A DNA stretch of 64,000 bases from an uncultured Gemmatimonadales bacterium (lineage in GTDB: Bacteria; Gemmatimonadota; Gemmatimonadetes; Gemmatimonadales; GWC2-71-9): NCBI GenBank assembly GCA_963695555.1, contig CAVOGR010000007.1:767080-831079 (forward strand), in the 5' to 3' direction. How positions within the stretch are numbered: the first letter of the stretch is position 1; every line of letters begins with the position of its first letter. This document shows positions 37,707-48,460 of this stretch, in pieces. The position numbers were made by a program, and so were the translations under genes. The notes under the pieces were generated by a model that saw nothing but the letters and a program-made list of their open reading frames with translations, did no database searches and had not been told where the DNA came from.

Positions 37707-39383
37707 ATGGTTCTTCCGCAGGTTCCAACACCTCCACCCGGCTTCCGCGGGGTGTTTCGAACGGACCCGAGGGCCCGGGCGGCGTACGCCGAAGGCGCCG
37801 GCATCTATCGCATCATCCCCGCTGCCGTCGCGATCCCGGCCAACGACAAAGACCTCCGCCATCTGCTGACCTGGGCGGCGCGGTTGGGCATGCCGATCGT
37901 CCCTCGCGGAGCCGGCAGCGCCATGGGAGGCGGCAATGTGGGCTCCGGAACGGTCATCGACCTCACCGGCTTCGGGGCCGACCGGCTGGAGGTGATGCCC
38001 GACCGGCGCATGGCCCTGACCGGCGCCGGTGTAGCCTATAGCGGCCTCAACGCCGCGGCCGCCCGGCATTCGCTCAGGCTTCCGCCGGACCCGTCGAGCG
38101 GACGCTGGGCCACCCTCGGTGGCATGGTCGCGACCAACGCGGCCGGCGCTCGCTCGGTGCGCTTCGGCAGTGTGCGGGCATGGGTGCGGGGCGTCGAACT
38201 CATGACCGCCGACGGGTCGCACGGCTGGATCCGGCGCGGCGCGGCTGGCAAGGCGGAATCGGGGCTACCCGCCGTGGACCGATTCCACCAGCACGTCGCC
38301 CCAGCTATCCACGCGGCCGCACCCCTCGTTCGTCAACGGTTTCCCCACACGCGGAAGAACTCGGCCGGATACGCGCTCGACGCGTACCTGGAGTCGGGCG
38401 ACCTCGTCGAGCTCATCATCGGCTCGGAAGGCACCCTCGGCATTATCACCGGCATCGAGTGGCGGTTGGATGGAATTCCCGCATGTCGGGCCGGTGCCGG
38501 GATCGTACTCCACGATCTCGCGAGCTTGGCCGACATCGTCCCGGCCATTCAGCAATACCAGCCCTCGGCGCTCGAACTGCTCGACCAGACCTTTCTCGAT
38601 CTGGTGCGCTCGGGGTCCGAGCGCGGCACGGCCGCCGATTGGGTCCCGACGTCGGCAGCGGGGCTGCTCCTGGTCGAATTCGAGCGCGATACGCCGGCAT
38701 CGCTCCGCGGCGTCTTGGGCGACGCGATACGCGCGGTGGATCACCTCGCAGCCGACGTGCGTACCGCCTTGGCCGAGGGCGAGACGGCTGAACTCTGGGC
38801 GTTACGCCATGCCGCGAGCCCTATTCTGGCTCGGCTGCCGGATCACCGACGCTCCCTTCAAGTAATCGAGGATGGGTGCGTGCCGGTGGCCGAACTTGGC
38901 AGGTACGTGAGTGCGGTGCGCCGCGCCGCAGCCGCTCGCGGACTGGAAGTGGTACTTTTCGGCCACGCCGGTGACGGCCACCTTCACGCGAATCTTCTGG
39001 TCGATGTGAGTCGTGAGGGGTGGGAAGGAGTGGTCGGCTCGTTGCTCGAAGAGGTGACCGCGGAGGTCATTCGGCTAGGTGGCACACCCGCGGGCGAACA
39101 CGGCGCCGGTCGACTTCGCGCCGGATTTCTCGGTCAGCTCTACGGACCGGACATCCTGACCTTGTTCAGATCGGTCAAGCAGGCCTTCGATCCGGATGGG
39201 CTCTTGAACCCTGGCGTGCTCTTGCCGACATCGGCCGATGCGACGCCCATGAACCATCTCAAGATGGGCACACGAGCGGTCGCTCTCCCCGATGATATCG
39301 CCCAGGCCTTGCGCTCCATCGAACGGGAGGCAACGTACCAACAGTTGCGGCTGGCCCTCGCGGACCGGAGTCCCACGCCATGA
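37707..39383 (+). CDS. FAD-linked oxidase (GlcD / D-lactate dehydrogenase-like, PCMH-type FAD binding)
   Basis: [11 protein letters not shown] and [16 protein letters not shown] motifs. C-terminal FAD-oxidase_C region. Confidence 0.8.
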   Translation: MVLPQVPTPPPGFRGVFRTDPRARAAYAEGAGIYRIIPAAVAIPANDKDLRHLLTWAARLGMPIVPRGAGSAMGGGNVGSGTVIDLTGFGADRLEVMPDRRMALTGAGVAYSGLNAAAARHSLRLPPDPSSGRWATLGGMVATNAAGARSVRFGSVRAWVRGVELMTADGSHGWIRRGAAGKAESGLPAVDRFHQHVAPAIHAAAPLVRQRFPHTRKNSAGYALDAYLESGDLVELIIGSEGTLGIITGIEWRLDGIPACRAGAGIVLHDLASLADIVPAIQQYQPSALELLDQTFLDLVRSGSERGTAADWVPTSAAGLLLVEFERDTPASLRGVLGDAIRAVDHLAADVRTALAEGETAELWALRHAASPILARLPDHRRSLQVIEDGCVPVAELGRYVSAVRRAAAARGLEVVLFGHAGDGHLHANLLVDVSREGWEGVVGSLLEEVTAEVIRLGGTPAGEHGAGRLRAGFLGQLYGPDILTLFRSVKQAFDPDGLLNPGVLLPTSADATPMNHLKMGTRAVALPDDIAQALRSIEREATYQQLRLALADRSPTP

Positions 39384-40174
39384 AGCAGTACCTCGATCTC
39401 TTGCGACATGTTCGCGATCACGGCCACTCTAAGAGCGACCGTACCGGAACCGGGACGTTGAGCATCTTCGGGTACCAGATGCGATTCGACCTGGCCCGGG
39501 GGTTCCCGTTGGTCACCACCAAACGGGTTCACTTCAAGTCCGTGGTGTATGAGCTCCTGTGGTTCCTCAGGGGTGATACCAACGTGCGGTATTTGCAGGA
39601 ACATGGAATCCGAATCTGGAACGAGTGGGCCGATGCGGAAGGCAATCTGGGCCCGATCTACGGTCGGCAGTGGCGTTCCTGGCCGGCGCCCGATGGTAGG
39701 CATATCGACCAGCTCGGCCGCGTCATCGAGCAGATTCGACGGGATCCCGATTCCCGCCGTCACATGGTGTGCTCGTGGAACGTGGCGGAGCTTCCTGCCA
39801 TGGCGCTCGCGCCGTGTCACGTCCTGTTTCAGTTCTACGTGAGCGAAGGACGGCTGTCCTGTCAGCTGTATCAGCGGAGCGCCGATCTCTTTCTGGGCGT
39901 GCCATTCAACATTGCGTCCTATGCACTTCTCACCGCCATGGTGGCGCAGGTCACAGGCCTCGCTCCCGGCGAGTTCATCCATACGTTTGGGGATGCGCAC
40001 GTTTATCGGAACCATCTTGCGGCCGTCGACCTGCAGCTGAGCCGCGAGCCACGCCGCCTCCCGACGCTCCGGCTGTCGCCGAACGTCGCGTCGATCGACG
40101 ACTTCGCCTATGACGAGGTGACGCTCGAGGGGTACGAGCCGCACCCCCCGATCCGAGCGGAGGTGGCCGTATAA
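39380..40174 (+). CDS. thyA: Thymidylate synthase
   Basis: [11 protein letters not shown] ... DRTGTGT ... [12 protein letters not shown] ... full-length ThyA signature. Confidence 0.95.
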   Translation: MKQYLDLLRHVRDHGHSKSDRTGTGTLSIFGYQMRFDLARGFPLVTTKRVHFKSVVYELLWFLRGDTNVRYLQEHGIRIWNEWADAEGNLGPIYGRQWRSWPAPDGRHIDQLGRVIEQIRRDPDSRRHMVCSWNVAELPAMALAPCHVLFQFYVSEGRLSCQLYQRSADLFLGVPFNIASYALLTAMVAQVTGLAPGEFIHTFGDAHVYRNHLAAVDLQLSREPRRLPTLRLSPNVASIDDFAYDEVTLEGYEPHPPIRAEVAV

Positions 40175-40194
40175 TTCTGTCGCTGCTCGTCGCC

Positions 40195-40683
40195 ATGGCC
40201 GAGAACGGCGTGATTGGAAAGAACAACGCCCTACCCTGGCATCTACCCAACGATCTCAAGCGCTTCAAGGCGCTGACGTCTGGCCACTCCATCGTGATGG
40301 GCCGGCGGACGTTCGACTCGATCGGTCGGGTGCTCCCGGACCGGCGCACAATCGTGATCACCCGCAACACGGATTTTCAGGCAGCCGGAGCCGAGGTGGC
40401 GCACACCCTCGACCGGGCATTGGAACTGACCGCAGGCGAGGACGAGGTCTTCGTGGTGGGCGGCGCCGAGCTCTACCGTGCGGCGTTGCCGCGCGCCGAC
40501 CGAATCTACCTCACGATGGTGCATGCCGCTGTAGAGGGTGACGTCCGTTTTCCGGCATGGGAGCCCCCGGCGTGGCACCTGGTGGAGTTCGTCAGGTTCG
40601 CGCCGAACGATCGGCATGCGTATCCCTATAGCTTTCGCCGCTACGAGCGACTGAAACCTGCTGCTCCGGCTCGAGAGGGGTAG
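40195..40683 (+). CDS. folA: Dihydrofolate reductase
   Basis: MAENGVIGKNNALPWHLPNDLKRF ... VMGRRTFDSIG. Directly follows thyA. The conserved N-terminal beta-strand (ILSLLVA) lies upstream in frame without an ATG, so a non-canonical start is possible. Confidence 0.9.
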   Translation: MAENGVIGKNNALPWHLPNDLKRFKALTSGHSIVMGRRTFDSIGRVLPDRRTIVITRNTDFQAAGAEVAHTLDRALELTAGEDEVFVVGGAELYRAALPRADRIYLTMVHAAVEGDVRFPAWEPPAWHLVEFVRFAPNDRHAYPYSFRRYERLKPAAPAREG

Positions 40684-40810
40684 CGCACGGACGGCCCATC
40701 TTGCATCTCGGGACCGGGGTCATAAGACTTGAATCAGAATCATTGATCCAGAGGCGTTCGCAGGCGGAGCGAAGCGGTGTGAAGGACATGCCTGTCGAGC
40801 GTGCTGGCAA

Positions 40811-40842
40811 CCGCCCGGTCGCTGCCGGGCGGTCGTTCTTTG
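40811..40842 (+). terminator. Rho-independent terminator candidate downstream of folA
   Basis: CCGCCCGG-tcgctg-CCGGGCGG stem-loop followed by TCGTTCTTT. Confidence 0.5.
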
Positions 40843-40856
40843 AGTGTCCGGACCCG

Positions 40857-42524
40857 TTACCGCCCGATCGCAGAAGCCTGCGAATCCCGGGCAAGCGCCT
40901 GCCGGGGATCGATCGACCACTCGCTCAGGTGCGCCAGCCACGAATACGGATCGAGCCGCACCCCGCGGAGGCGGTGGTGGACCGCCGCCACGTTGGTGGG
41001 GCTATAGAGGAAAATGGCCGGCGCATCCGCATTCAGCAGACGCATCGCATCGCGCCACAGCGTCCTGGCTGCTTCGACCTCTGGTTCCTGGCCGGCCTGC
41101 CGGACGAGCGAATCGAACACCGGGTTGGCGTAGCGGCCGTAATTGAGCACCCCCCACCCGGCCCGGGTCCACTGATCGGAAAGGCCGCGCGGGCTCGGCT
41201 CGTCGAGCCAGGCACCGATGTAACTGTCGAACCGGCCGCTCCCCAAGCGCTCTTGGAAGACGGGGAAATCGACGGCCGCAATAGTGACCTCGACTCCGGC
41301 CCCGCGCCACATGGCCTGGGCCGCCTCGGCCAATTGCCGCCGGGTTCGACTGGTCGATGGCACCAAGATCTCGAACGCCAGCTTCCGACCGTTGCGCCTC
41401 CGGACGCCATCGGAGCTCCTGACCCAGCCACGTGCGTCCAACATCAGGCCTGCCGCCGACGTGTCATGGGGTAGCACAGCCATGCTATCGTCCCAGATCC
41501 ACAAGAGTCGCGACATGGGCCCCGGTGGCACCGAGGTTTCCGGGCCGAACACCGATCGCGCGATGCTCGCCCGATCAAGTCCCATGGTGAGCGCGCGCCG
41601 AACGTCCCGGTCGCCCAAGACCGGATGCGGCAGGCCCGAGGGGTCGAGCATTCGGAACCCCAGGAACCCGTACACCGCGGACGGATAGGACTCGAGCCGA
41701 AACACCGGATCCCCGGCGAGTTGGGCTACCTGCGCGGGTCCGCCTGCGGCCTCCAGTAGGTCGGCCTCGTGACTCAAGAGGAGATTCACGGCCGCGAGCG
41801 GATCCTCGCCGAAGCGCCACACCACGCGAGGAATACCCGGTGCATGCGAGGCGTTGGGCCAGGACTCGATGATGAGGAACTCGGGCCGGCGCCACTCGGC
41901 CAGGCGGTAGGGACCCGACCCGACGATCCGCGCCAGCACCGTATCGGTGGGCCATGCTTCGACAGGGACGTCCTGCCATACGTGACGGGGAATGATCCGC
42001 ACATGGTAGGTGGCATCGTACAATTGCTCGGGAGATGGTTCGACGAACCGGATGTCGACCGTGGCGGAGTCGACCACGAACGCCTCGAGCCTCCCCTCGA
42101 TGGCGGTGCGTGCCAAGGCGTCGATGACGGGGTCGGCAAAGGCGGCAAAGCTGAACCGGACGTCCTCCGCCGTCACCGGGACGCCATCCTGCCAGAGAGC
42201 CCCCGGCCTCAAGTGAAAGCGCCACGTCAGCGAGTCGCGCCGCTCCCACCGCACGGCGAGTCCGGGTCGGTAGGCTGCAGTATCGATCGGTGCATGGCCC
42301 GACTCGAGATACGCCAGACGTTCGTAGATCTGGTCCGTGATGTCGCGGCCCACAGTCTCGAAGACCAGCGGCGGGAAGAGGCTCGATGGTTCGCCGGTGG
42401 CGGCGATTACCAGCGTGCCGCAGCCGTCGCAGCTCAGGTCGCGGCCCCGGCAGCCCACGGCGGCCCAGCACAGGCCAGCCAGCGCGGCTACCCGGACCCA
42501 ATGTCCCCACCTGACTTGTAACAT
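40857..42524 (-). CDS. ABC transporter substrate-binding protein, family 5 (peptide/nickel type), lipoprotein
   Basis: Lipobox AAVGC. SBP_bac_5 length and motifs. No permease or ATPase genes adjacent. Confidence 0.8.
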   Translation of the reverse strand: MLQVRWGHWVRVAALAGLCWAAVGCRGRDLSCDGCGTLVIAATGEPSSLFPPLVFETVGRDITDQIYERLAYLESGHAPIDTAAYRPGLAVRWERRDSLTWRFHLRPGALWQDGVPVTAEDVRFSFAAFADPVIDALARTAIEGRLEAFVVDSATVDIRFVEPSPEQLYDATYHVRIIPRHVWQDVPVEAWPTDTVLARIVGSGPYRLAEWRRPEFLIIESWPNASHAPGIPRVVWRFGEDPLAAVNLLLSHEADLLEAAGGPAQVAQLAGDPVFRLESYPSAVYGFLGFRMLDPSGLPHPVLGDRDVRRALTMGLDRASIARSVFGPETSVPPGPMSRLLWIWDDSMAVLPHDTSAAGLMLDARGWVRSSDGVRRRNGRKLAFEILVPSTSRTRRQLAEAAQAMWRGAGVEVTIAAVDFPVFQERLGSGRFDSYIGAWLDEPSPRGLSDQWTRAGWGVLNYGRYANPVFDSLVRQAGQEPEVEAARTLWRDAMRLLNADAPAIFLYSPTNVAAVHHRLRGVRLDPYSWLAHLSEWSIDPRQALARDSQASAIGR

Positions 42525-42848
42525 AGCGTTACACCATGCTCTATTTCGTTGCATCAGACCGCGGTCACTGGCGTAGGTTCATGGACTTAAGATAACTATT
42601 CACAATGGTTTACACTATTTCAGCCCACCGGCCTCACCCTTGCAAGAACCATCCTCATGCGAAGATACGACCAGGGGCCGGGGTGGGGCGGTGCCGCCCA
42701 GCCTGGGGGCTCTCAAAGGTCGTGCTTTTTGGGACGAGGTCAACGACTTCCGCGTGCGCGCCGACAAGGACCGCGATTGCGACAGCCACGATCACTAAAC
42801 ACGATGCAGCGCTCGGCGCGAGTAAGCCCGAACCCTGCCGGAGCCACC

Positions 42849-44186
42849 ATGGCCGATCCTAAGCCATGGATCACGGTGGTGCGGCTGTCGGACAGCTTCT
42901 GGACCACGATCCGGGAGCTGACCGGTGAACTCGGAGCGACCTCGCTGGAATGGGAACCTAGCGGCAGCGATGCGCCGCCGAGCGGCGGGGCGGCCATGGT
43001 GGTCCTGGCAGGCGGAATGGAGGCGGACGCGTTGGAGTTGCTCGATCGGCTGGGGCAAACGGATGGTGGTCCATTCGTCGTCGGGGCGACTGAGGATCAC
43101 CGCCTGGCGAGCGGTCTCCTTCGCAAGGGCGCGCGGGATTATTTCGCGCTGCCGGCCGATCTCGATTTGCTCCGCCGATCGCTCGAGCGCGAGCTTCGCA
43201 GCGCAAAGGGGCGGGTGGAGGCGGAGCGGTACGCCTCAGATGAACGGCGAACGCGCGGTTTCGAGTCGATCATCGGCCGGAGCAAGGCGGTACGCCAAGT
43301 CATCGATCAGGCGGCTCGCGTAGCGGTCCACGGTGAGGTGACGGTGCTGATCGGCGGCGAGACTGGAACCGGCAAGGAGTTGTTGGCGCAGGCCATTCAC
43401 TACCATAGCCCTCGCGCCGCGGCTCCGTTTGTCCCGGTCAACTGTGCCGCGATTCCGGCCAACCTACTGGAGAGCGAGCTGTTCGGCCACGAGCGCGGCG
43501 CGTTCACCGGTGCGGTTGCCGCTAAGCAGGGACTGTTCGAGGCCGCGCACGGCGGCACGCTGTTCCTCGACGAGATCGGACACATGCCGCTCGAGCTTCA
43601 AACCAAGTTGTTGCGGGCGCTCGAAAACGGCGAAGTGCGCCGCGTCGGCGGGCAGGCCAGCCGGCAGGTGAACGTGCGGGTGCTGGCAGCCACACATGTG
43701 AACCTGACCAAGGCCATCGCGGCAGGCATGTTTCGCGAGGACTTGTACTATCGATTGAACGTGGTGGCGTTGGAGCTGCCCGCCCTTCGCCATCGTGATG
43801 GCGACATCGAGCGACTGGCAGAGGCCTTCTTGAGCCAGCTCGCAACGCGCTACCGTGTCCCCGTGCCGCCACTCACGCCGGAAGTCCGGCAGCGATTGGC
43901 GGACCATTCCTGGCCAGGGAACGTTCGGGAGCTACGCAATGCGATGGAGCGCGCCCTGGTGCTGTCGCCGCCGGGGACGCTTTCGATCGACGAACTCCGG
44001 TTGGAGGCGGACGCGGGTGACCCGCCAGCAATGGGGCCGCTGCCCTTTCCCGCCGACCTCGAGACCATCACCCGCGCCGCCGCCCGGGCCATGCTCGAGT
44101 TGACCGGGAGCAATAAAAGTGAAGCGGCCCGGCGGCTTGGCATTTCACGCCCGCGGCTCAACCGCCTCTTGGACGATGACTCGTAA
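42849..44186 (+). CDS. Sigma-54-dependent transcriptional activator with degenerate receiver-like N-domain
   Basis: [24 protein letters not shown]-terminal HTH. The receiver-like N-terminus lacks the phosphoacceptor Asp ([10 protein letters not shown]). The track ORF from 42657 is an upstream extension. Confidence 0.85.
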   Translation: MADPKPWITVVRLSDSFWTTIRELTGELGATSLEWEPSGSDAPPSGGAAMVVLAGGMEADALELLDRLGQTDGGPFVVGATEDHRLASGLLRKGARDYFALPADLDLLRRSLERELRSAKGRVEAERYASDERRTRGFESIIGRSKAVRQVIDQAARVAVHGEVTVLIGGETGTGKELLAQAIHYHSPRAAAPFVPVNCAAIPANLLESELFGHERGAFTGAVAAKQGLFEAAHGGTLFLDEIGHMPLELQTKLLRALENGEVRRVGGQASRQVNVRVLAATHVNLTKAIAAGMFREDLYYRLNVVALELPALRHRDGDIERLAEAFLSQLATRYRVPVPPLTPEVRQRLADHSWPGNVRELRNAMERALVLSPPGTLSIDELRLEADAGDPPAMGPLPFPADLETITRAAARAMLELTGSNKSEAARRLGISRPRLNRLLDDDS

Positions 44187-44214
44187 ACGCCCCACGGGGC
44201 CTCGTGTGAAGGAT

Positions 44215-44853
44215 ATGGTTATGCGCACCTGGAATACGCGATTCCTCCTGCCCCTGGGCGTCGTCGTTGCGTTTGCCGTCGGCTGCGGCGACTCGAACGG
44301 CTCGGGACCCAACCCGCCGCCCGAGCAGCGGCCGCCCGCTGCGCTCAATATCCTGAAATTGGCGCAGGCGAGCCCGCCGGTCTTCAATCCGGTCGAGACG
44401 TTCTGGGCCAAGAAAGGCGAGCAGGCCGAAGCGCGCATCTATTTCCAAGACGCCGTGGGAGGCCAGGGTGAGGAGTACCTCCGGCTCCGAATCGATGACA
44501 TCTCGCTCGAGACGCTGCCCAACGGCACCCCGATCGCCATCGGGGATTCGGTGCTCATCACCATCCGCTCGGTGGATCCGACCCGGATCCTGTTCGAGCT
44601 CGAGCCCACCGGCCTCCAGTTCAACCCACTCAAGCCGGCCGAACTGGACATCAAATACCAGGAGGCGGACGACGACTTCAATGAAGACGGCGTGGTCGAC
44701 CTGGAAGACGAGGCGATCGAAGACATTCTGGCCATCTGGCGGCAGGAGAACCCGGGGGATGACTTCGTCAAGATCGGCTCGTTCCTGATCGAGTCGCTCG
44801 AGGAGATCGAGGCCGAACTCACGGGCTTCAGCCGCTACGCCATCGCCTACTGA
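44215..44853 (+). CDS. Hypothetical acidic lipoprotein
   Basis: LGVVVAFAVGCG lipobox. Asp/Glu-rich C-terminus. Confidence 0.55.
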   Translation: MVMRTWNTRFLLPLGVVVAFAVGCGDSNGSGPNPPPEQRPPAALNILKLAQASPPVFNPVETFWAKKGEQAEARIYFQDAVGGQGEEYLRLRIDDISLETLPNGTPIAIGDSVLITIRSVDPTRILFELEPTGLQFNPLKPAELDIKYQEADDDFNEDGVVDLEDEAIEDILAIWRQENPGDDFVKIGSFLIESLEEIEAELTGFSRYAIAY

Positions 44854-44870
44854 CCAAGGACTACTGACCC

Positions 44871-45866
44871 GTGACTGTACACCCCTCCGCCAACGATCCC
44901 AGCCGCGCCCTGCGGGATCTCGTGGCGGCCGGGCGCTTCCAGGAAGCCCTCGAGGCATTCGGAACCGGGAGCGGCGCGTCGCTCGATCGCGAACCGGGCA
45001 TGCTCCTGCTCGCGGCCAAGGCGGCCACGCGGGTCGGACGGCTCGATCTCGCAGCCACCCTGGCCGCGCGGGCCCTCGAGGAATTCACGTCCAAGGCCGA
45101 TGCCGACGGGCGGTTGCAGACGACCAACCTGCTCGGCGCCATCGCGTTCGAGCGCGGCTTCATTGCCGACGCGGAACATCACTTCGGGCAGGCGCTGCTC
45201 TTGGCCCAAGAATTGGACGACAGCCTGGTGGCGGCGCGCGCCAGTAACAATCTGGCTTCGGTGGCCCACTTGCGGGGTCGGCCGGATCTGGCCTTGAGCC
45301 TCTATCGCAGCGCGATGCTGTCGTATCAACGATTGGGCGACCGCCGCGGCACGGCGGAGACCTACCACAATCTGGGTCTCACGTTCCGTGACATGGCCGC
45401 GTTGGGCGACGCGGACGATGCCGCAACGGAGGCGGTGCGGCACGCGTCGATGGTCGGGGAGAAGGCGCTGATGGCGCTCACGCTCATGGGCCGGGCCGAA
45501 GTGCACCTGGCCAAGGACGACGTGCGCCTGGCCGGGTCGGAACTGGAGCAGGCCTGGAAGTTTGCCACGGAGGCCGGCGACGAACTGGGCACGGCGGAGG
45601 TTGGCAGGCTTCGCGCCCTCGTCGCGCTCGAAGAGGGCAAGTTTGCCGAGGCGCATCGGGCGGCGGAGGCCGCCCGAACCATCGCGGCCGGCTATGGCAG
45701 CACCTTACTCCAGGCCGAATCCGCGATGGCATCCGCCCGTGCGCTCCACGCCCTCGGCGACGTGCCGGCCATGGCGGAGCGGCGCGACGAGGCCAAGCGT
45801 CTCTTCGAATCGCTGGGTGCCAAGGCGCTGCTCGACGAGCTCGAGCGCGTGCTTCCCTCGTCATAA
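44871..45866 (+). CDS. TPR-repeat protein
   Basis: Repeated 34-residue helical motifs (... AETYHNLGLTFRDMAALGDADDA ...). Confidence 0.6.
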   Translation: MTVHPSANDPSRALRDLVAAGRFQEALEAFGTGSGASLDREPGMLLLAAKAATRVGRLDLAATLAARALEEFTSKADADGRLQTTNLLGAIAFERGFIADAEHHFGQALLLAQELDDSLVAARASNNLASVAHLRGRPDLALSLYRSAMLSYQRLGDRRGTAETYHNLGLTFRDMAALGDADDAATEAVRHASMVGEKALMALTLMGRAEVHLAKDDVRLAGSELEQAWKFATEAGDELGTAEVGRLRALVALEEGKFAEAHRAAEAARTIAAGYGSTLLQAESAMASARALHALGDVPAMAERRDEAKRLFESLGAKALLDELERVLPSS

Positions 45867-45874
45867 AGAGGGCG

Positions 45875-45905
45875 TCCCGCGCCGTGGGGGGCGCGGGACG
45901 TCCTG
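45875..45905. terminator. GC-rich hairpin between convergent genes (candidate bidirectional terminator)
   Basis: GCGTCCCGCGCC-gtgggg-GGCGCGGGACG, 11-bp stem. Confidence 0.45.
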
Positions 45906-45928
45906 CGTCGCAAGGTGATTCGCTCGGG

Positions 45929-47974
45929 CTAGGTGTTGACCAGCTCGGGCTTCTTTGATTCCGTCGCGACCTTGGCAGCCACGTCAGGCGGCGCCTCGAC
46001 GTAGCCGTGGAACGATTTCCGGAACGTGCCACGGCCGTGCGTAATGGAGTGGAGGTCGGTAGAGTACTTGTACAGCTCCGCCTCCGGCACGATGGCCTTC
46101 ACCTTGACCAACCGGCCGTCGGGCTCCGTACCGAGGATCTGTCCCCGCCTGCCACTCAGATCGCCCAGGACATCGCCCAGGACTTCATCGGGCGCCCAGA
46201 TCTCCAGATCCTGCAGTGGCTCGAGCAGCACTGGTCGACACATCGCGGACACATTCCGAAACGCCAGGATACCGGCCATCTTGAAAGACATCTCGTTGGA
46301 ATCCACGTCGTGGTACGATCCGTCGTAACATTCGGCTCGAAAATCAACCAACGGAAACCCGGCGATCGGGCCACGCTGCGCGGCCTCTTGGATGCCTCGG
46401 TCCACGGCTGGGATGAACTTCTTGGGGATCACGCCGCCGACAATCTTGTCGGCGAACTCGTAGCCCGACCCGTGGGCCAAGGGTGCCAGCCGGATCCAGC
46501 ACTCGCCGTATTGGCCACGGCCGCCGCTCTGCTTCTTGTGTTTGCCTTGGCCTTCGGCCTTCCCCTTGATCGTCTCCCGATAGGCCACTTTGGGGGGAAT
46601 CAATTCCGCGTGGACACCGAATTTCCGTTCGAGCCGTTTGAGCAGGATCTCGAAGTGCCGCTCCCCCATGCCATGCATCAAGGTTTGGCTCAATTCGGAA
46701 TTGTACTCGAAGTGGAAGGTCGGGTCTTCTTCATGCAGCTTGTGTAGCCCGCTCGCGAGCTTGTCCTCCTCGCCACGCTGCTTCACCACCACGGCGGACG
46801 TGGCCACCGCGTCGGGAAACGGGATGGGGTCGAGGTGGACCGGGTGCTCCACCAAGCAGAAGGTGTCGTTGGTGTGCGTGTCCCGCAGCTTGGCGACGGA
46901 CCCGATGTCGCCCGCCTGTAGCTCCGGAACCTCGAAGCGCTCCTTGCCTTGTTGGATGGACAGGTGGTTGAGCTTCTCGGTGACCTCGTGCTCGGCGTTG
47001 AACACCTCGTCGCCGTTGCGGATCGTGCCCCGGTAAATGCGAAAAAACGATACGTCCCCCACATGGGGCTCGGACATCGTCTTGAACACGCGGCCAACCA
47101 GGGGCGCCTCGGCCGGAGCGGCCACTTCGGCCGGCGACGGCAGGAGCTCGACGATCTTGGTCAACAGGGCCTGGGTCCCGTAGGTCAGCTCGCCGCTGCC
47201 CACGAAGAGCGGCACGATCTCGCCTTCCGCGATCGCTTTCTTCACCACCGCAATGACTTCGTCCCGGCCAATCGTCTTCCCTTCTAGGTAGCGTTCGATC
47301 AGCCGATCGTCGGTGGCCGCCACCGTCTCGGTCAGCAGCTCGCTGTACTGTTCGTAGAGGGCCTGATACTCGTCCGGGATGGCCACCTCGTCGTATTCCC
47401 CCGACTTGGTGCCCGCCTTGAACATGTGGGCCTTGCCCGAGAACAGGTTGATGATGCCGTGGAAGGTCGGCCCGTTACCCACCGGGATCTCTACCGGGAG
47501 GACCTTGGGTGACAGATGCTCCTTCACGTCGGCAAACACCCGCTCGAAATCCGCGTGCTCCTTGTCCATGAGCGACACGAAGAGCAGTCGGGGTAGGTGG
47601 AGGTCGTCGCATACGTCCCAGACCTTCTCGGTCCCGACTTCGACGCCGCCGGTCCCGCTCAACACGACCACCGCCGCGTCGGCCGCATAGAGTCCGGTAA
47701 TGGCTTCGCCGAAGAAATCGGAAAAGCCCGGCGTGTCGATCATGTTGATCTTGGTGTTCGCCCACTCGGCGTAGCCGAGGCCGAGGCCGATGGAGTATTG
47801 ACGTTCGATTTCGTCGGGGGAGTAGTCGGTGAGGGTAGTGCCTTCTTTAATCGATCCGTGGCGACGGCTGGACCCGGAAACGAACGCCAGGGCATCCACC
47901 AAAGTCGTCTTGCCGCTGGCGCCGTGACCGACGAAGGCCACATTCCGGATATGTTTAGGGTCATAGACCTTCAT
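45929..47974 (-). CDS. Elongation factor G paralog (EF-G2-like translational GTPase)
   Basis: MKVYDPKHIRNVAFVGHGASGKTTL G1 motif, DTPGFSDF, and EF-G domains II-V. The track ORF extends 61 codons upstream without homology. Confidence 0.9.
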   Translation of the reverse strand: MKVYDPKHIRNVAFVGHGASGKTTLVDALAFVSGSSRRHGSIKEGTTLTDYSPDEIERQYSIGLGLGYAEWANTKINMIDTPGFSDFFGEAITGLYAADAAVVVLSGTGGVEVGTEKVWDVCDDLHLPRLLFVSLMDKEHADFERVFADVKEHLSPKVLPVEIPVGNGPTFHGIINLFSGKAHMFKAGTKSGEYDEVAIPDEYQALYEQYSELLTETVAATDDRLIERYLEGKTIGRDEVIAVVKKAIAEGEIVPLFVGSGELTYGTQALLTKIVELLPSPAEVAAPAEAPLVGRVFKTMSEPHVGDVSFFRIYRGTIRNGDEVFNAEHEVTEKLNHLSIQQGKERFEVPELQAGDIGSVAKLRDTHTNDTFCLVEHPVHLDPIPFPDAVATSAVVVKQRGEEDKLASGLHKLHEEDPTFHFEYNSELSQTLMHGMGERHFEILLKRLERKFGVHAELIPPKVAYRETIKGKAEGQGKHKKQSGGRGQYGECWIRLAPLAHGSGYEFADKIVGGVIPKKFIPAVDRGIQEAAQRGPIAGFPLVDFRAECYDGSYHDVDSNEMSFKMAGILAFRNVSAMCRPVLLEPLQDLEIWAPDEVLGDVLGDLSGRRGQILGTEPDGRLVKVKAIVPEAELYKYSTDLHSITHGRGTFRKSFHGYVEAPPDVAAKVATESKKPELVNT

Positions 47975-48119
47975 GGTCTTCACCTCCAGGGCAGTAGGAA
48001 TGTGGAGTTTGCATGCGGGACGGAGGGTTGTCAAATGCCCAGGGGAGGACGCGTGCAAACCGCCCCTGAAGGCCGCCGTTTGGTACGCCGAACGCCCGGC
48101 GGTGGCCCAAGTTTGCACC

Positions 48120-48416
48120 ATGCGATTCGTCACCGACTGGGTGCTGCCCCGCCACACCGCGGATCTCGAGGCACGGCTCGAGGCCGTGCTGCCAAAGCTC
48201 CCGATCCAGCGGCGGCGGGGTCTTCAGCGCCTGCTCCGCCAGCCACTCGAGTCGCGCGGCCTGAGCGCACTCCACGCCTTCGCCACCCTGGCGGAGGCCG
48301 AGGGGTGGCTCGACGCCGCGGAGGTCATCACCATCCGGAAGTTGGCGTACCGCGTATCGTTCTACCTCCGGCGGGCCGAGTCGCACGGCAAGCCGCGATC
48401 CCCCAACATGCCGTAA
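48120..48416 (+). CDS. Small hypothetical ORF
   Basis: ATG-initiated ORF in the gap between the EF-G paralog and the SDR gene. No domain recognised. Confidence 0.25.
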   Translation: MRFVTDWVLPRHTADLEARLEAVLPKLPIQRRRGLQRLLRQPLESRGLSALHAFATLAEAEGWLDAAEVITIRKLAYRVSFYLRRAESHGKPRSPNMP

Positions 48417-48460
48417 CCGGCGGCGTCCATCTTTCGTGCCCAGCCTGTTAGTATTCCGGC

